DNA of 64,000 nucleotides, from the NCBI RefSeq assembly GCF_009914755.1, contig NC_060925.1; one strand, given 5' to 3'. The first letter of the stretch is position 1, and every line of letters begins with the position of its first letter. The position numbers and the translations under genes are program-made. This DNA comes from the human T2T-CHM13v2.0 reference genome, Homo sapiens. Below the pieces are notes generated by a model. It was not told the origin of the DNA and ran no database searches. It saw only the letters and a list, made by a program, of their open reading frames with translations. Below, one piece after another: positions 45,068 through 62,534 of this stretch.

Positions 45068-46274
45068 GGCCAGGAGTGTGGGGGGTGGGACGGAAGGTAC
45101 CCACGAGGGTGGCGGGTGGGGCCATCGGCCAGGAGTGTGGGGGGGTGGGACGGAAGGTACCCAGGAGGGTGGCGGGAGGGGCCATCGGCCAGGAGTGTGG
45201 GGTGGTGGGACGGAAGGTACCCACGAGGGTGGCGGGTGGGGCCATCGGCCAGGAGTGTGTGGGGGGGTGGGACGGAAGGTACCCAGGAGGGTGGCGGGTG
45301 GGGCCATCGGCCAGGAGTTGGGGGGGGTGGGACGGAAGGTACCCAGGAGGGTGGCGGGTGGGGCCATCGGCCAGGAGTGGGGGGGGTGGGACGGAAGGTA
45401 CCCACGAGGGTGGCGGGTGGGGCCATCGGCCAGGAGTGGGGGGGGGTGGGACGGAAGGTACCCACGAGGGTGGCGGGTGGGGCCATCGGCCAGGAGTGGG
45501 GGGGGGTGGGACGGAAGGTACCCACGAGGGTGGCGGGTGGGGCCATCGGCCAGGAGTGGGGGGGGGTGGGACGGAAGGTACCCACGAGGGTGGCGGGTGG
45601 GGCCATCGGCCAGGAGTGGGGGGGGGTGGGACGGAAGGTACCCACGAGGGTGGCGGGTGGGGCCATCGGCCAGGAGTGGGGGGGGTGGGACGGAAGGTAC
45701 CCACGAGGGTGGCGGGTGGGGCCATCGGCCAGGAGTGTGTGGGGGGGTGGGTGGGACGGAAGGTACCCACGAGGGTGGCGGGTGGGGCCATCGGCCAGGA
45801 GTGGGGGGGGGTGGGACGGAAGGTACCCACGAGGGTGGCGGGTGGGGCCATCGGCCAGGAGTGGGGGGGGTGGTGGGACGGAAGGTACCCACGAGGGTGG
45901 CGGGTGGGGCCATCGGCCAGGAGTGGGGGGGGTGGGACGGAAGGTACCCACGAGGGTGGCGGGTGGGGCCATCGGCCAGGAGTGGGGGGGGTGGTGGGAC
46001 GGAAGGTACCCACGAGGGTGGCGGGTGGGGCCATCGGCCAGGAGTGGGGGGGGTGGTGGGACGGAAGGTACCCACGAGGGTGGCGGGTGGGGCCATCGGC
46101 CAGGAGTGGGGGGGTGGTGGGACGGAAGGTACCCACGAGGGTGGCGGGTGGGGCCATCGGCCAGGAGTGGGGGGGTGGTGGGACGGAAGGTACCCACGAG
46201 GGTGGCGTGTGGGGCCATCGGCCAGGAGTGGGGGGGATGGGACGGAAGGTACCCACGAGGGTGGCGGGTGGGGC
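45068..46274. repeat. G-rich VNTR, 20 copies of an ~60-bp unit
   Basis: Unit GGCCAGGAGT(G)nTGGGACGGAAGGTACCCACGAGGGTGGCGGGTGGGGCCATC, copies counted directly. Confidence 0.99.
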
Positions 46275-46473
46275 AGATGCTAGGCATTCCGGATAAGGCA
46301 GATGACAGGCAGGCAATGAGCATGCTTTCCACGGAGCTTGCTTTCTAGTGGTGAGAATCAGACAAACTAACAAAAAACAGAGAAACAAGCGAGAAAGATA
46401 CCAGTTAGCAAGAAGAAATCCAAGGATGGCTTAGTTGCTTATCAGCCCCATTAAACACAGAGATAATAGTTTG

Positions 46474-46590
46474 AGCCAGGCGTGGTAGGTTGCTCCTGTA
46501 ACCCCAGCTACTCATGAGGCTGAGACAGGAGGATTGCTTGAACCGAGGTCAGCCTGGGCAACATAGAGAGACCTCGTCTCTAAAAAAAAA
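46474..46590 (+). mobile_element. Alu monomer (FLAM-like, internally deleted)
   Basis: gccaggcgtggt...cagcctgggcaacatagagagacctcgtctctaaaaa. Confidence 0.85.
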
Positions 46591-47034
46591 ACCCCAAAAA
46601 GTTTGCAATGCTCCATTTACTACCTGGATATAAAATTTATAGAAAATATATCTCCAAATTTAATGCACTTTAAATATAAAGTGTACTTATAAATATAATA
46701 TTATATGTAAATATATAGCAAATAAAAATATTTTAAATTTATGTACTGATATAAAATATATTTTATTTATATACTATATATTTCATTTATATATAGTATA
46801 TGAATTTGTTAAGACTATAAAGAGCATAAATAAAAGGAAAATAATTTATCAAAAAACAAATATGTATTATAATATGTGAAAAATGCTTGGGCACACCTAC
46901 ATCAGATGTTGCTGTTTCTCTGGTGGTTATCCCCAGCTTTATTTAGATTTCCACTTACATTTCTTTTTCCCTATCAATGCTTAAAGTGTATAAAAATTTT
47001 TATCTTTCCCCTGAATGAGAAGAAACTCTTAATA

Positions 47035-47449
47035 TGTACCATTGTTAGTCTATCTCCTCCAAAACTCATATTGAAATTTAATCCTTAATGTGGCAGTATT
47101 GAGAGGTGGGGCTGCTAAGAGGTGATCAGATCCTGAGGTTTCTGGCTCCATGAATGGATTAATGGTTAATGGATTAATGGGTTATCACTGGTGTGGAACT
47201 GGTGGCTTCTTAAGAGGAAGAGAGACCTGAGCTAACATGGTAGCTCACTAGGCCCCCTTGCCACGTAATGCTCTGCACTGCCTCAAGACTCTATAAAGAG
47301 TTCCCACTAGCAAGAAGGGTCTCGCCAGATGCGCTCCCTCTAACCTTGGACTTCTCAGCCTCCAGAACGGTAGGAAATAAATTCCTTTTCTTTATAAATT
47401 ACCCAGTTTCAGGTACTCTGTTAAAAACAACAGAAAACAGACTAAGACG
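47035..47449 (+). mobile_element. MaLR solo LTR (MSTB/MSTC-like)
   Basis: ccaaaactcatattgaaatttaatcc..atggattaatgg..aaataaattccttttctttataaattacccagt..agactaagac. Confidence 0.9.
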
Positions 47450-47516
47450 GTATGATTTTTGGTCTCATCTTCCTTCACCCTCTTTCCTGGCACGTTACTA
47501 TTCTCTGGAGCTCTAA

Positions 47517-48170
<654 letters not shown>

Positions 48171-48179
48171 TCTTTTTAG

Positions 48180-49100
48180 TTCCTAATATCTTGTTGCTTC
48201 TTTCTGGATTAGTTTCCCTTCTTGAAGTGTATCCCCCAAGAATTCTTTCAAAGGGGCATGAAACTGTGGCATAAATTTCCCTTAGACTCAGTATGATTAA
48301 AAACATCTTCATTTTGCACTCACATTTAAGTAAAAGATGGGCTGAATGTAAATGTTTAGGTTCAAAGTTCCTTATCTTCACTATTTTGAAGATGTTCTTC
48401 CACTGCTGTCAAGAATTCTCATAGCAATCCGATTCTTGCTCCTTTTAAGGTGACTGTTTCTTCCCTCTGTCAGCCTTTACAATTTTCTCTTTAGGACTGA
48501 TATTCTTACGTTTCACTGTGTAGTATCTAATTTTGTTTTTCCCCACCCTTTTCGATCTTGTTTAACACTGGGTGAGACCTTTTCCTCTGAAGCGTTCAAC
48601 CTTTCTCTAATTCCGAAAATTATTTCTTCAAGGATTTTTCTCCCTGTTCACTTTTCTTCTTTCCTTTGAGGACTCCGATTGTGCAGAGAGTGACAGCTTT
48701 ACTTCTGTTTTCCATACTGCTTAGCTTTTCTCACATTCTTTCCTTTCCTGATGCTTTCTTTGGGAGTTCTCTGACTTGATATTCCAGCTCACTACATCTT
48801 TCTGCATCTGTATCCATTCTGATATTTAATCTACCAGCAAATCTTTTACTTGGAAAATTATACATTTCTGTGTACACTATTTCTAATAGTTTTATCTTCA
48901 TAGTCACTTGTGCCTCTCGCAGGTATCCAATGTCCTCCCATTTATGTTGGAGGCTATTAATTGTGCTCGTTTAAAATTCTTATTCTGTCTTTCCCATTAC
49001 TTTTGCTTCCTCTGGAGCAGGGTTTTGCTGTTTTTCTCGGTGAACTCATCTTTTATTGTGTTGGGACTCTCAACGGCATTGGCTCCAGTGTTTGCCTTTA
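48180..49100 (-). mobile_element. HAL1/old L1M ORF1 remnant
   Basis: T-rich; tttgcactcacattt..taggttcaaagtt..tttgaagatgttcttccactg. Confidence 0.65.
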
Positions 49101-50296
49101 GTGGGAGACGGTAGAAAGCCTTGCTTGTGCTTTTCAGGCTCCTTTCGGTTTGGGGAGTGGGGCTCCCTCTACAGTTGAACAGACCCTCATTGCATACTTG
49201 TTCCACTACTTTCTATTTTCCCTACTTTCTGCATCATCCACCCCTGCAGGGAACTACCCAGGACTTCTGTCTCAGGAAAGGTGGTTGTAGGTGGTGGCAG
49301 GGAGAAGATGCTCAGACTCCTGCCAGCCTGCCTGTGTCTCTGCCATGTTTCCTATTCCAGCAGGTGCTGATGTTGCCCTCATGTTACCTCTCCAGCCCCA
49401 CTTGCCCTAGGCTCTGGGCTAGTGTTCCTGTACAAGGGGATCTCCCCAGGCAGATACAACGGAGGGAAACAGGAACAATAGGAGAGAAGGAGTCCAGTGG
49501 CTCTGACTGCCTTCCACTCTAGACCACACTGTACCATGTTAGTTGCTGAGTTTGGCTCTGCGGTCCTCCAGACTCAGCCTCCCACCTCTTCTGGAGTGTC
49601 TCCAGGTTAGGGTCACTGGAGGGAGTCAGCATCCCATGCTACCTCGCTATTTTCCAGTCCTGATATATTATCATTTATCTTTCCAAACATGAAAGAAATA
49701 GTCATCTGACTTAAACCAAAGCTCTTCCAACATTTGATTGGTAGGGCCTTCAGAGTAAACTGTGAAAGCCATGGTATCTTAAGTGTACTTGGATAGCTTT
49801 TAGATATAAAAAGAGACAGTTTCAAAACACAATCAATGGTCTGATTAATATTTCATCTTATCAGAAGCCAAGACACTGAGCCCAACTAGTAAGTCTGCTT
49901 TCAGTCAGATAGGATTCAGTTGCTTGGTGTTTGACCTTCAACTTCCAAATATAGAAAATGGAAAAGTGCTTATGAGGACATCCGTACAATCGTCAACCCT
50001 GATTTCAAAGGCAACCCATTAATATAACTATTGAAGAGGGTGTTTTTTGGTGGAGGAGAAAAAATTTAAATCATTTCTTCATTCAAATAATATTTATTGA
50101 GCATCTGTACTGTGCCAGAACCTATGCTAATATCTTCATAAGATGTTCTTTTATGTGAGGGATACTCAGAATTGTAAAGTATAAACTGATCACGTGTTTC
50201 ATGATAATGACCATACAGTGTGAAGAAAGAGTCTCGTTGTTTCTTGTTCTATTAAAACTCTAGTCCCAAATAGAATTTAGACTATGTTATCCATGA

Positions 50297-50654
<358 letters not shown>

Positions 50655-51359
50655 TACAGGGATAGCTAGGCTATCCCCTTCAGACTTTGGTATAGAAGAA
50701 GGTGCCATCCGGCCTGCAGGTACAGGGAGCTGAGAGAAGAGAATTAGCAGAAGACACTCCTGGGCAAATCCCTGGGGTAGGTTCTATGGCCTAGTTGCAG
50801 CACAATACATTATCTGGAGTGCTGGTTAACATGCAGATTCTGGAACCCTTCCAAGAGATACCAAACTAATGTCTCTGGGGTCAGGGACCCAGACATCTGA
50901 AAAGTTCAGGGCCTTGGCTATGTGTGGGCCTTTCCCGTGCACCTAGGTTGAGCTAGGTAGGAGCTGCCCATGTGAGGAAAAAAAGAAAGGAGGGGGCCCA
51001 AGGGATGGGTAACATTGGAGGAGCACAGCAGCCATGATAGATCATGAGAGCATATTCAGAAGACAGCCAGGATCCTAAGTCCTGAGAAGTAAGATTATGC
51101 ATCAAGAGAAACGCATGAGGTGATCCAATCATTGCCAGGGTGGGTTATAGAAAAAGGAATCCAAGGATCAGGTGTGGGATGTGTGAGGAGAGTGATTTGT
51201 GAACTGAGATCCACAACACCGGGCCACAGTAGGACTTAGCTTCTAATTAGAGCCTTGTGTCTGTTGTCGGGGCATGAAGACTCCTTCTAGATTCAGCTGG
51301 TGGCTGGAGAGATTTTGCACAGTCCTAAGGGGAAGTCCTAAGGCATACTCATCCATCTA

Positions 51360-51880
51360 CCCACTCATTGATTTATTCACGTATTCAACAGCTAGATGTG
51401 GCGTATTCATTACTCAACACCTATTAAGGGGTCCCCTACGCACCAGGCACTGTGTCAATGTCGAGACTGTGCAAGGTCACGTAAAGTTTCATCTTTATCC
51501 TAAAAGCAAATGGAAGCCACTGAATGCTTTTACGAAGAGAGGTAACACAATCAGATGGCACGTGGAAAGGCCGCTCTGCCACAGTGGAAGGGATGGACAT
51601 GGCCACAGGCAGGCAAGCTGGGAGGCTGTCACAGGTTCGGCATGAAGGTGATGGCTTGGACAGGGGTGGTGCAGAAGGTACGGAAAACTGATTGATGTGA
51701 GAGATACTGATGTGCTAAACTTGAACGGGTAGGACATAATGCTGGATTGAATATGGGAGAAGGGAGGGTTTGAGAGAGAGGGAGATGCCAGAAATTACTC
51801 CTGGATTACTGGTTTGAACCACTAGATGGATGATGGTGCTATTCATTGCAAGAGGAAACCCTGAAAGGAGACAGGTTATG
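51360..51880 (-). mobile_element. L2
   Basis: tttattcacgtattcaaca..ggaagccactgaatgctttt..gggagatgccag..tggatgatggtgctattcattg. Confidence 0.8.
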
Positions 51881-52049
51881 AATTGGGATGCTCAGAGTCA
51901 AGCCATTTCCTCTCGTTAGTCCTGCTCTCCTATTGCAATCATAGACCACTTTAACTACCTCTGTGGGCTCCTAATGGGCCACTTTTGTTACCTCCACAGA
52001 GCATCGACTCATTGCTCAGAACCTTGCTCTAGGAAAGTTTGCTTTTTAA

Positions 52050-52225
52050 AAAAATTTTTTTTAAATATATTTAGGAAGTACAAGTGCAGGTTTCTTACCT
52101 GCTCATATAGTGTCGTAGTGAAGTCTTGGCTCCTAGTGCACCCATCACCCGAAGAGTGAGCGTTGTACCCAATAGTAGTTTTTCAGCTCTCAGCCCTTCC
52201 CACCCTCCCACTCTGCTGCCTTTTG
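52050..52225 (-). mobile_element. L1PB-type extreme 3' end
   Basis: gtacaagtgcagg..tgaagtcttgg..gtgcacccatcacccgaa..ttgtacccaatag. Confidence 0.85.
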
Positions 52226-52615
52226 TAGGAGAAGAATGTTTTCTAAACAAGTTGGTGAACACAGTGGGAAAGCCATTAGGTGAAATAACCGCAAGGGGAT
52301 CTGAAAGTCCTACCGCAGCAACAGTGGGTAGGGAAGAACCTGGATGGGTTAGTCTTGGCAATTCTTCAATATGGCTACTGAGCCGCTAGCGTCAATCTTT
52401 CTGGCTTTCATAAGATTTTCCCACCACCCAGCCTCACAGAGTCTGTTCCACACATCTATCAGTGCCACCTGTTTTGGTGGTCCTTTCCTTTAGTTTTTTT
52501 CTGACTCCTTTGGAGCTTATGAACAGAAAAATGTTGAAAAGGCAGGCCAAAGACATTACTCAGCCAGACAGTGATATTTATTGAGCCAACTGTGTAAAAA
52601 ACACTCCACTAGTGT

Positions 52616-52928
52616 TTTATTTGTTATTTGTTATTTGTCTGTCTGTTTGTTTGTTTGTTTTTAAGCAGGGTCTCACTCTATTGCCCAGACTGCAGTGCAG
52701 TGGTAAACCGGCTCAACTTCCCTGGCTCAGGTGATCCTCCCACCTCAGTCTCCTGAGTAACTGGGACTACAGGTGTGCACCACCATGCTGGGCTAATTTT
52801 TGTATTTTTTGTAGAGACGGGGTTTTACTGTGGTGCCCAGGCTGGTGTCGAACTCCTGGGCTCAAGCATCCACCTGCCTCAGCCTCCCAAAGTGCTGGGA
52901 CTACAGGCATGAGGCACTGTGCCCAACC
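52616..52928 (-). mobile_element. AluJb
   Basis: Dimer with (TTTG)n tail. Confidence 0.93.
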
Positions 52929-53970
52929 TCTACCAGGGATTTGAAGAGGTAAAAAAGAAATGGCTCCCAAGAAAAGAGAAGGTAGAAGCAAAACATCTGG
53001 GTAGTTCACAAATTGTACAACCAACTCCTGAAAAACAGAAAAAGGCATGGTTGATTTTTCAGGAGGTTCCATGTACAGAAGCTAGGATCTCAGCATAGGG
53101 AGGCAACTGAGCTCCCAGCTTTGCTGTTTTAGAAGGGAGGGCTGGCAGACACTTGAAGCTCTTGGGGGTGCTAATGCTAGGATTTTACAGACTTTGACCA
53201 CATCGCTTCCTCTCACATTTTCACTGGAAAGGACAATGAAAACTCCCTACAGGGCAAGTCAGCTGCTGATGTAAATTACCAAAGTTATAACGATGTCTTC
53301 CTGGAAAACATCCCTTTTTTATGTGTAATTTCAACGAAAATGAAATTCATTCCCTCTGTCTAGTGGGTGAGTTGATCACAGAGAACTATTTAGGTAAAGC
53401 AGAAAATGTTCATAGAATGTTGCAGTGTAAATTATGAGGATAAGAGCTTTCCTTCACTCTAGGACTCATAATAAAAGAGTCGATCCACATTTGGGGTCTA
53501 ATGACCCCTGAGATTTTTTTTTTTAAACAATGTCATCAAACTCACTAGGGCCCAATTGTGGGAAACTGAGGTAGGGGCTTGAAATACCATTTCCTGGCCA
53601 TGTACTGCATACCTGAGTCAGGCACTGCAGGAGCTTCATAGACACTATTCACTTAATTGTCACAACAACCCTATTAACTAAGTACTGTATCCCCAGTTTT
53701 ACAGAAAAAAAAATTTCAAAGAGTCAAAGGCATTGGCCACACAGCCAGTGCAGGACAGAATCAGATCCAAGAGTTCTGCTAGGTTCCATTGTCCGTGATA
53801 TTGTGTTGTCTCCTCTTCCCAGTTCCCTTTCCACCCTTTTGATCTTTTCCACTTGGAGAGAACTAATCTTCCTGAACCGTATGAGCCACATCAAGAAGTT
53901 CCTGCTGAAGCCTCAGTATCACCTGACACTTGTTGGCCATCTAAATTCTCAGGTCCTGCCCCAGAACTTC

Positions 53971-54295
53971 TGTTTGAGTCTGTTTGGGCTGCCATAATAC
54001 AGTACCATAGACTGGGTGGCTTTTAAACAACAGACATTTATTTCTCTCAGTTCTGGAGCCTGGGAAGTCCCAGAGCAGGCACTGTGCCTGGTGAGGGTCC
54101 ACTTCCTGGTTCATACATGGCACCTTCTTGCTGTGTCCTCACATGGTGGGATCGGCAAGGGAGCTCTCCAGAATCTCTTTGATAAGGGTGCTGATCCCAT
54201 TCATGAAGATAGAGCTTTGGTAGTCACCAAAGTCTCCACCTTCTAATAGCATCACACTGAGGGTCAGGAATTCAACAAGCATTTGATTGCAGCAA
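53971..54295 (-). mobile_element. MaLR solo LTR (MLT1A-like)
   Basis: gtctgtttgggctgccataa..accatagactgggtggctt..acatttatttctc..ctgtgtcctcacatgg. Confidence 0.9.
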
Positions 54296-55184
54296 CCACT
54301 GAAGATGAAACTCTGGGGTTGAGTCCAGCAATCTGTGTTGTAACAAGCCCTCCAGGTGATTTGTAGGAAATGGGAGACTTAGAGGGATTCCTTGGGGATC
54401 TTTACTAGGACATGTCCAAGAAATACTCTGGAGTAATTCAGGGAAGTAACCAAGAACTCTTCAGGGCTCAACTACCCATGAGTGGCAGATCACTTCCTGG
54501 GGGACTGCTAGGGGTTCTTTGTGTTTATATGAGTTGAGGAGCTGGGCTGGAGGGAGTGACCACCTGGGACCGGCTGTGCCTGCAATCTTTGCCTGCACAT
54601 AGGAAAACCTCCTGCGGTTTTCATTTCCTAAGGACTCTAGCAGCCCTGGTTCTCTCCAGGTATTACAAAATAGGCCAACATAGTTTACCCTCACCATTGC
54701 AGGGCAGTCCAAGCTGAGCTTTTCTTGTCACATTTCCCACCTTGTCTGAGTCCTCTTCCTGGCAGGGAGGCTGGCACTGTGGAGGACAGCGAGCTGCTCT
54801 GGGAGAAGCTCCTCCAGGCATTGGCTGGTGGTAGGAGGCCTCCTATTTGAAGCTGTTGGTGATGCCATACCTGGGGAAGATGTACACTTGGTGAGAAGCA
54901 GGTAGGGAGCCAAAGATGGTAAGCTGGAGAGAAGACTCCGAACGGACCCCCAAACAGGAGAAAATGCAGCTGTCCAAGGGTGATCTGAACACCAGAGGTC
55001 TGAGAGCAGGGAAGTAGCAAATGCCTGGGGTAAGTGTTATGGTCCAGGAGCTGCACATCAGAATTATCTGGATAAAATGATAGGTGTTAGAGCCCTTCTA
55101 CGGGTTACTGAATAGGAAACTCCAGAGTTGGGTTTACTGAATAGCAAACTCCAGAGTTGGGGGCCAAAGAATCCATTACAAACA

Positions 55185-55740
<556 letters not shown>

Positions 55741-55929
55741 CAGAATCCATTTTCTAAGAAGCTCCTCGGCTTGCTGATTCTGATGTGGCTGGCCAAGCCA
55801 TGATCCTGGGATTTAGAAACCATTGCTGCCTTCTATAATACTACGTGAGCCCACTTGGTATAAAGGCCAGAAATAGGGTGGGTCACCTGGGATTTGTGTG
55901 CACTTTTGGTTTCAGATTCAACTTTTCAA

Positions 55930-56400
55930 TTAGTTAGTATATTTGGTGTGGCTGTTTTAACAGAGATGGAAAGCAGTGGGTTAGACCAGATAGTAGATTT
56001 ATTTCTCTTTTATATGAACGTCTGAGGTAGTAGGGCATCCAGGGTGGCACACTGGCCCTGCTCTACAGGGTTATCCCAGAGGCCCAGGCTCCTTCTCTGT
56101 TGCCATCTGCCATCCCTTGAGATGCTGTCCCCATCCAATAAAACTGGCTCACAAACACCACATCCGGGTTCCAGCCCAGATGAGGGGAAAAGAAAGCACA
56201 GTGAGCAGCTTCCTTGGACCGAAGTAATCCAGAAGTGGCAGGTGTCTCTTTCACTCACATCTCATTGGTTGCAATCTCCTCATATGGCACATCTGTTGCC
56301 AGGAAGATTGGGGAAATAAAAAGCTTAGCTTGGTCACCGTTGCCCCACTAAATTTGGGAAGTTTGATTATTAAAGGGAAAATAGATATTGAGGGTTAATC
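55930..56400 (-). mobile_element. MaLR solo LTR (MLT1I/J-like)
   Basis: atttatttctct..cccaggctccttct..ctcacatctcattgg..ggggaaat. Confidence 0.75.
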
Positions 56401-56632
56401 CGATGTCTTTCCAAGTGGCTTGGAGTCACTACACCCCACTATACCAAGCTAACATTTTCTATCGTTATGGTCCATTCTTATCCATCCCTTGAAGGCCAGT
56501 CTCCTCTTTTTACATTTTATGGCCCTAGACATCATGGAGGTTGTGACAGGGTCTGTAGCTGCCACACCGGAGGTCATATTTCAAGCTGCCCAGGGCTATG
56601 TTTCCTGGGTGGAGTGGAAGGGTGAGGGTGGG

Positions 56633-57482
<850 letters not shown>

Positions 57483-58077
57483 GTGAGGTTAAGGGGTCAA
57501 TAAATGGCAGTGGGTTCAGTGGTCCTGGCCTCACTCCTAGCACCTGCTCACATATCAGTTTAAGGTAGTTCTCTGGATTCTTAAACTAGGGATTCCCAGT
57601 TCTGTTTGTTCGTTAACTCTCATTGAATCAGTACACATTCACCTACAGCTCTCACATCATAAACATCTGTGTTGCCACAGAATAAAATGCAATATTTAGC
57701 CTATGGCATCTTACCCATCATATATTCGTACCCAACAAAAATTCTTAAATGTAATGGGAAAATCACTCAACAAAATGTTATAGATTGTGGGCTATGAGCC
57801 AAGAAGTGTTTATGGTTTGATTTCTAGCATCTGACACAACACAGGCATACAAGAAATATTCTTTGAATGAGCAAGCGATTGACTGTGAGGATGTGGAGAT
57901 GAAGCAAACTGAATGAGAGTTCGTCATTCAGTGGGAAAAATGCACGTGCAGGCAAGACCTCATAATACCACTCAGGGACACTTCAGGCTCCCTGTTCATC
58001 TTTCATGTCTCAGTGTTGGAGCATCGCCCCATCACTGGGTCAGTCTGCTCACCTCCCTGCAGGTGTGTTTTTGAATT

Positions 58078-58302
58078 AGCACATTCAACAACACCACTGT
58101 TGACATTTTGGATCTGTCGATTCTTTCCTGGGGTTGAGGGGAAGAGGCCTGTCTTGTGCATTGTAGGATGTGTAGCAGCAGCCCTGGCCTCGACCCACCA
58201 GATGCCAGTAGCACCCCTCTTCCAGTTGTCACAACCATACATGTCTGCAGACATTACCAGATGTTCCCTGAGGGCCAAAATTGTCTTCTTTTGAGAACCA
58301 CT
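58078..58302. mobile_element. MER20 (hAT-Charlie)
   Basis: cactgttgacattttgg..gtgcattgtaggatg..agatgccagtagcacc..ttgagaaccactg. Confidence 0.92.
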
Positions 58303-58624
58303 GGGTAGACCCATTACACATCTCTTTTACAAGGTGTGCCACAGATGCCGACCAAGGACTTGTGCAAATACTTAAGGACGAGTCATAGCTTTGCTCTCAG
58401 GGATACTGGCTGTTCCCACAGGCCCCCAGCTCATGCAGGGGAGTGGATTTCTGTCTTGGTGAAAATATACATCTTATTCTTAAAGTTTCACAACAGGATG
58501 ACAACATTGCCTCCCTCACATCTGGTTTTAGGGCACATGGTTCTCATTCTAACCTATAACACCAAATCTTTGCATCAAGTCAGTGGTTAAAAATTTATTC
58601 AAGAATTAATGAAATCCAGAAACT

Positions 58625-58914
<290 letters not shown>

Positions 58915-59397
58915 TCACTATGAACATCTGAGATTTGAGAGGCAGGTTAATCATTCTTGTTTACATCCCTGTGCACATTGCTAGGTACAAACTTTACTGT
59001 GCAACAGAAACATTTGGGGAGTTTGTATAAATGCATGTTTTGATCCCATTTCTAGAGATTCTGATTCAGTGGATTTAGGGTGGTGCTCAGGAAGCTACGC
59101 TGTCTGAAAAGCTCTTTTAAGTAATCCGTAGGCTACACTTTGAAAAGTGATATTTATTTCTCCAAGTATTATTTCTAGATGAAATTAGACATCCAGAAAG
59201 AAAAACTCTCTTGAAATCTAGTAATGTTAAGTCCTTACATTTTATTCCTTTTCAAAATGTTTCTGACGATTATAGAAACTTTGCATTTCCATTCAAATCA
59301 CCTTGTCAATTCCTACAAAAATATCTTACTATTGTCTAGTCACTGTCTATTTCATTGATTGATTTTAATTCTCTGCATAGCACTTAAGTACTTTTAA

Positions 59398-59841
<444 letters not shown>

Positions 59842-60335
59842 ACATATTTATTGAATAAATGAAAAAATAAAAATAAATAAGAGATACGAAATTGTGTACT
59901 CAAGTCCAGTTTAAGGGTATTTTACTGGACAGTAACATCTAACTTTCTATTAATCACTGTATTTTATTAGCCAGAACACCTATCTGGTTAAACAGTTACT
60001 TTGTTTCTAATAAATAGGAAAATAATTCATGGCTAAATGATGGCCGTGTCTTGTTCCACGGTGGCTGCTTCTCATTAACCTTCATAATATGCAGATCTGC
60101 TGTTGAAACGGATGGGTTTCAGGTGATTTGATCAGCCTAATGAAGTGTAGAGCAAGTGTTTTGTAAAGGGGCGCAACAGTCAAGACTCCCTCTGGCAGGA
60201 AGGCAGACTCACTGGAGATGGCAGTGCGGCACCCAAGACCTGTGCTTTCATTTATCTCTCAAACTCACTATTCCTTTCTCTCTTTTTCTCTAGCACTGTT
60301 TCTTGACTCATGCCTAGAACTCCACAGCTTTAAGA

Positions 60336-61153
<818 letters not shown>

Positions 61154-61377
61154 TGAGCAGTAAAAGGGGGCCACGGTTGATGCCTTTCAAAGGTGAGGCC
61201 TGAGAGGGGTGCTCCTTGCAAATCTGCCAGTGCTGTGTCTTTCCACATGCTGAGTCCTGGCTCACTGGAGCCCTTGGGAAGTTCCTGTCGGGCATCTCAG
61301 GTGCATGTTGCCCTCTTAGCTCCAGACCTTCGGTTTTGATGGTGCTCTTCCATTTGTACCCTTGCCGTGCATAACAC

Positions 61378-62309
61378 TGTGATATAATGAAAAATATATA
61401 TTTGTTTTTTGTCCCCAGTTCCTGGCGCAGAGTTCCTAAAACGCTTGGAATTTCCATTGTGTTAGGGGTAAGAGGAGCGTCTTTTGTTACTCATAACAAG
61501 TCCCTTTCAGCCACACCTTAGTTTATGTTAATGAGGTGACCTCTATGAAACCCCTAAGGATGAAGCCTGGTTTCCGGGGGAACCGTGTGATTAGAGGTTG
61601 AAGCTTTTAGCCCCGCCACCCAGGAAAAGGAAAGGAGCTAGATATTGACTTAATCAACAAGGGCCAAAGATTTTATCAATCAATCATGCTTACATAATGA
61701 AGGTAATGGAACCTCTATAAAAACCCTAAACAATGGGGTTTGGAGAGCTTCTGGGTCGGTGAACCCATGGAATTGCTGAGAGGAAAGTGTGCCCAGAGAG
61801 GGCATGAAAGTTCTGTGCCCTTTTTCCTATCCCTTGCCCAATGCATCTCCCCCATTTGGCTATTCTTGAGTTGTATCCTTTATAATAAACTAGTAAACAT
61901 AAGTAAATATTTCCCTGAGTTTTGTCAACCATTCTAGCAAATTATCAAACCCAAGGAGGGGAATCAGGGCAACAGCTGATTTATAATCAGTCAGTCAGAA
62001 GTTTGGGAGGCCAAGACCAGATGGGGTTAGTGACCGGCGTCTGCTGTGGGGATACGTATTGGTGGCGTACATATATTTTTAAATGTATGATGAAGTTATC
62101 AACTATAATCACCCTGTTGTGCAGTCAGATAGTTTGTCTTATTGTGGGACTGAGTCCTTAACCTAAGGGGTCGATACCAACTCCAGGAAGTTAGCATCAG
62201 AATTGAGTTAAACTGTAACACATGCAGTGTTCACCAAGACTTGAAGGACTGGTGGGTGTGGGATAACCCTCCTCCCTTTGGTGTCAGAAGTGTGAGTGTA
62301 GTGATAACA
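61378..62309 (+). mobile_element. MER21-family ERV solo LTR
   Basis: tgtgatataa..gtccccagttcctggc..gagcttctgggt..tatcctttataataaac..ttgtgggactgag..ggtgtcagaagtg. Confidence 0.9.
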
Positions 62310-62534
62310 GAGTGGCCCTTGGGTGCCACTTCACTGTGACCCTCGGGTACCCTCCTGTTCTCATTTCCAACTCTGACCTTAATAGCCACCCCCACTCAGG
62401 CAACATCCCACAAGTTGTCCACACGCTATCCCCAACCATATGCCTAGAGTCTCAAATGTGACAACCCAGCACTTCTGCTGACAGAGTAGAATGTATGAAA
62501 TCTGGATATGGATGGCTAATGGGTACATTAAAAA

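Noticed and set aside
44832-46388. Six ORFs of 406-487 aa
   Set aside because: All come from the stop-free 60-bp VNTR, with frames shuffled by G-run length; not genes
46600-46910. Very AT-rich block after the VNTR
   Set aside because: Probably a decayed DNA-transposon or low-complexity tract; no supportable assignment
54362-55040. Possible old LTR between MER5-like fragments
   Set aside because: Starts with TG and interrupts a MITE, but I could not assign a family or a second terminus
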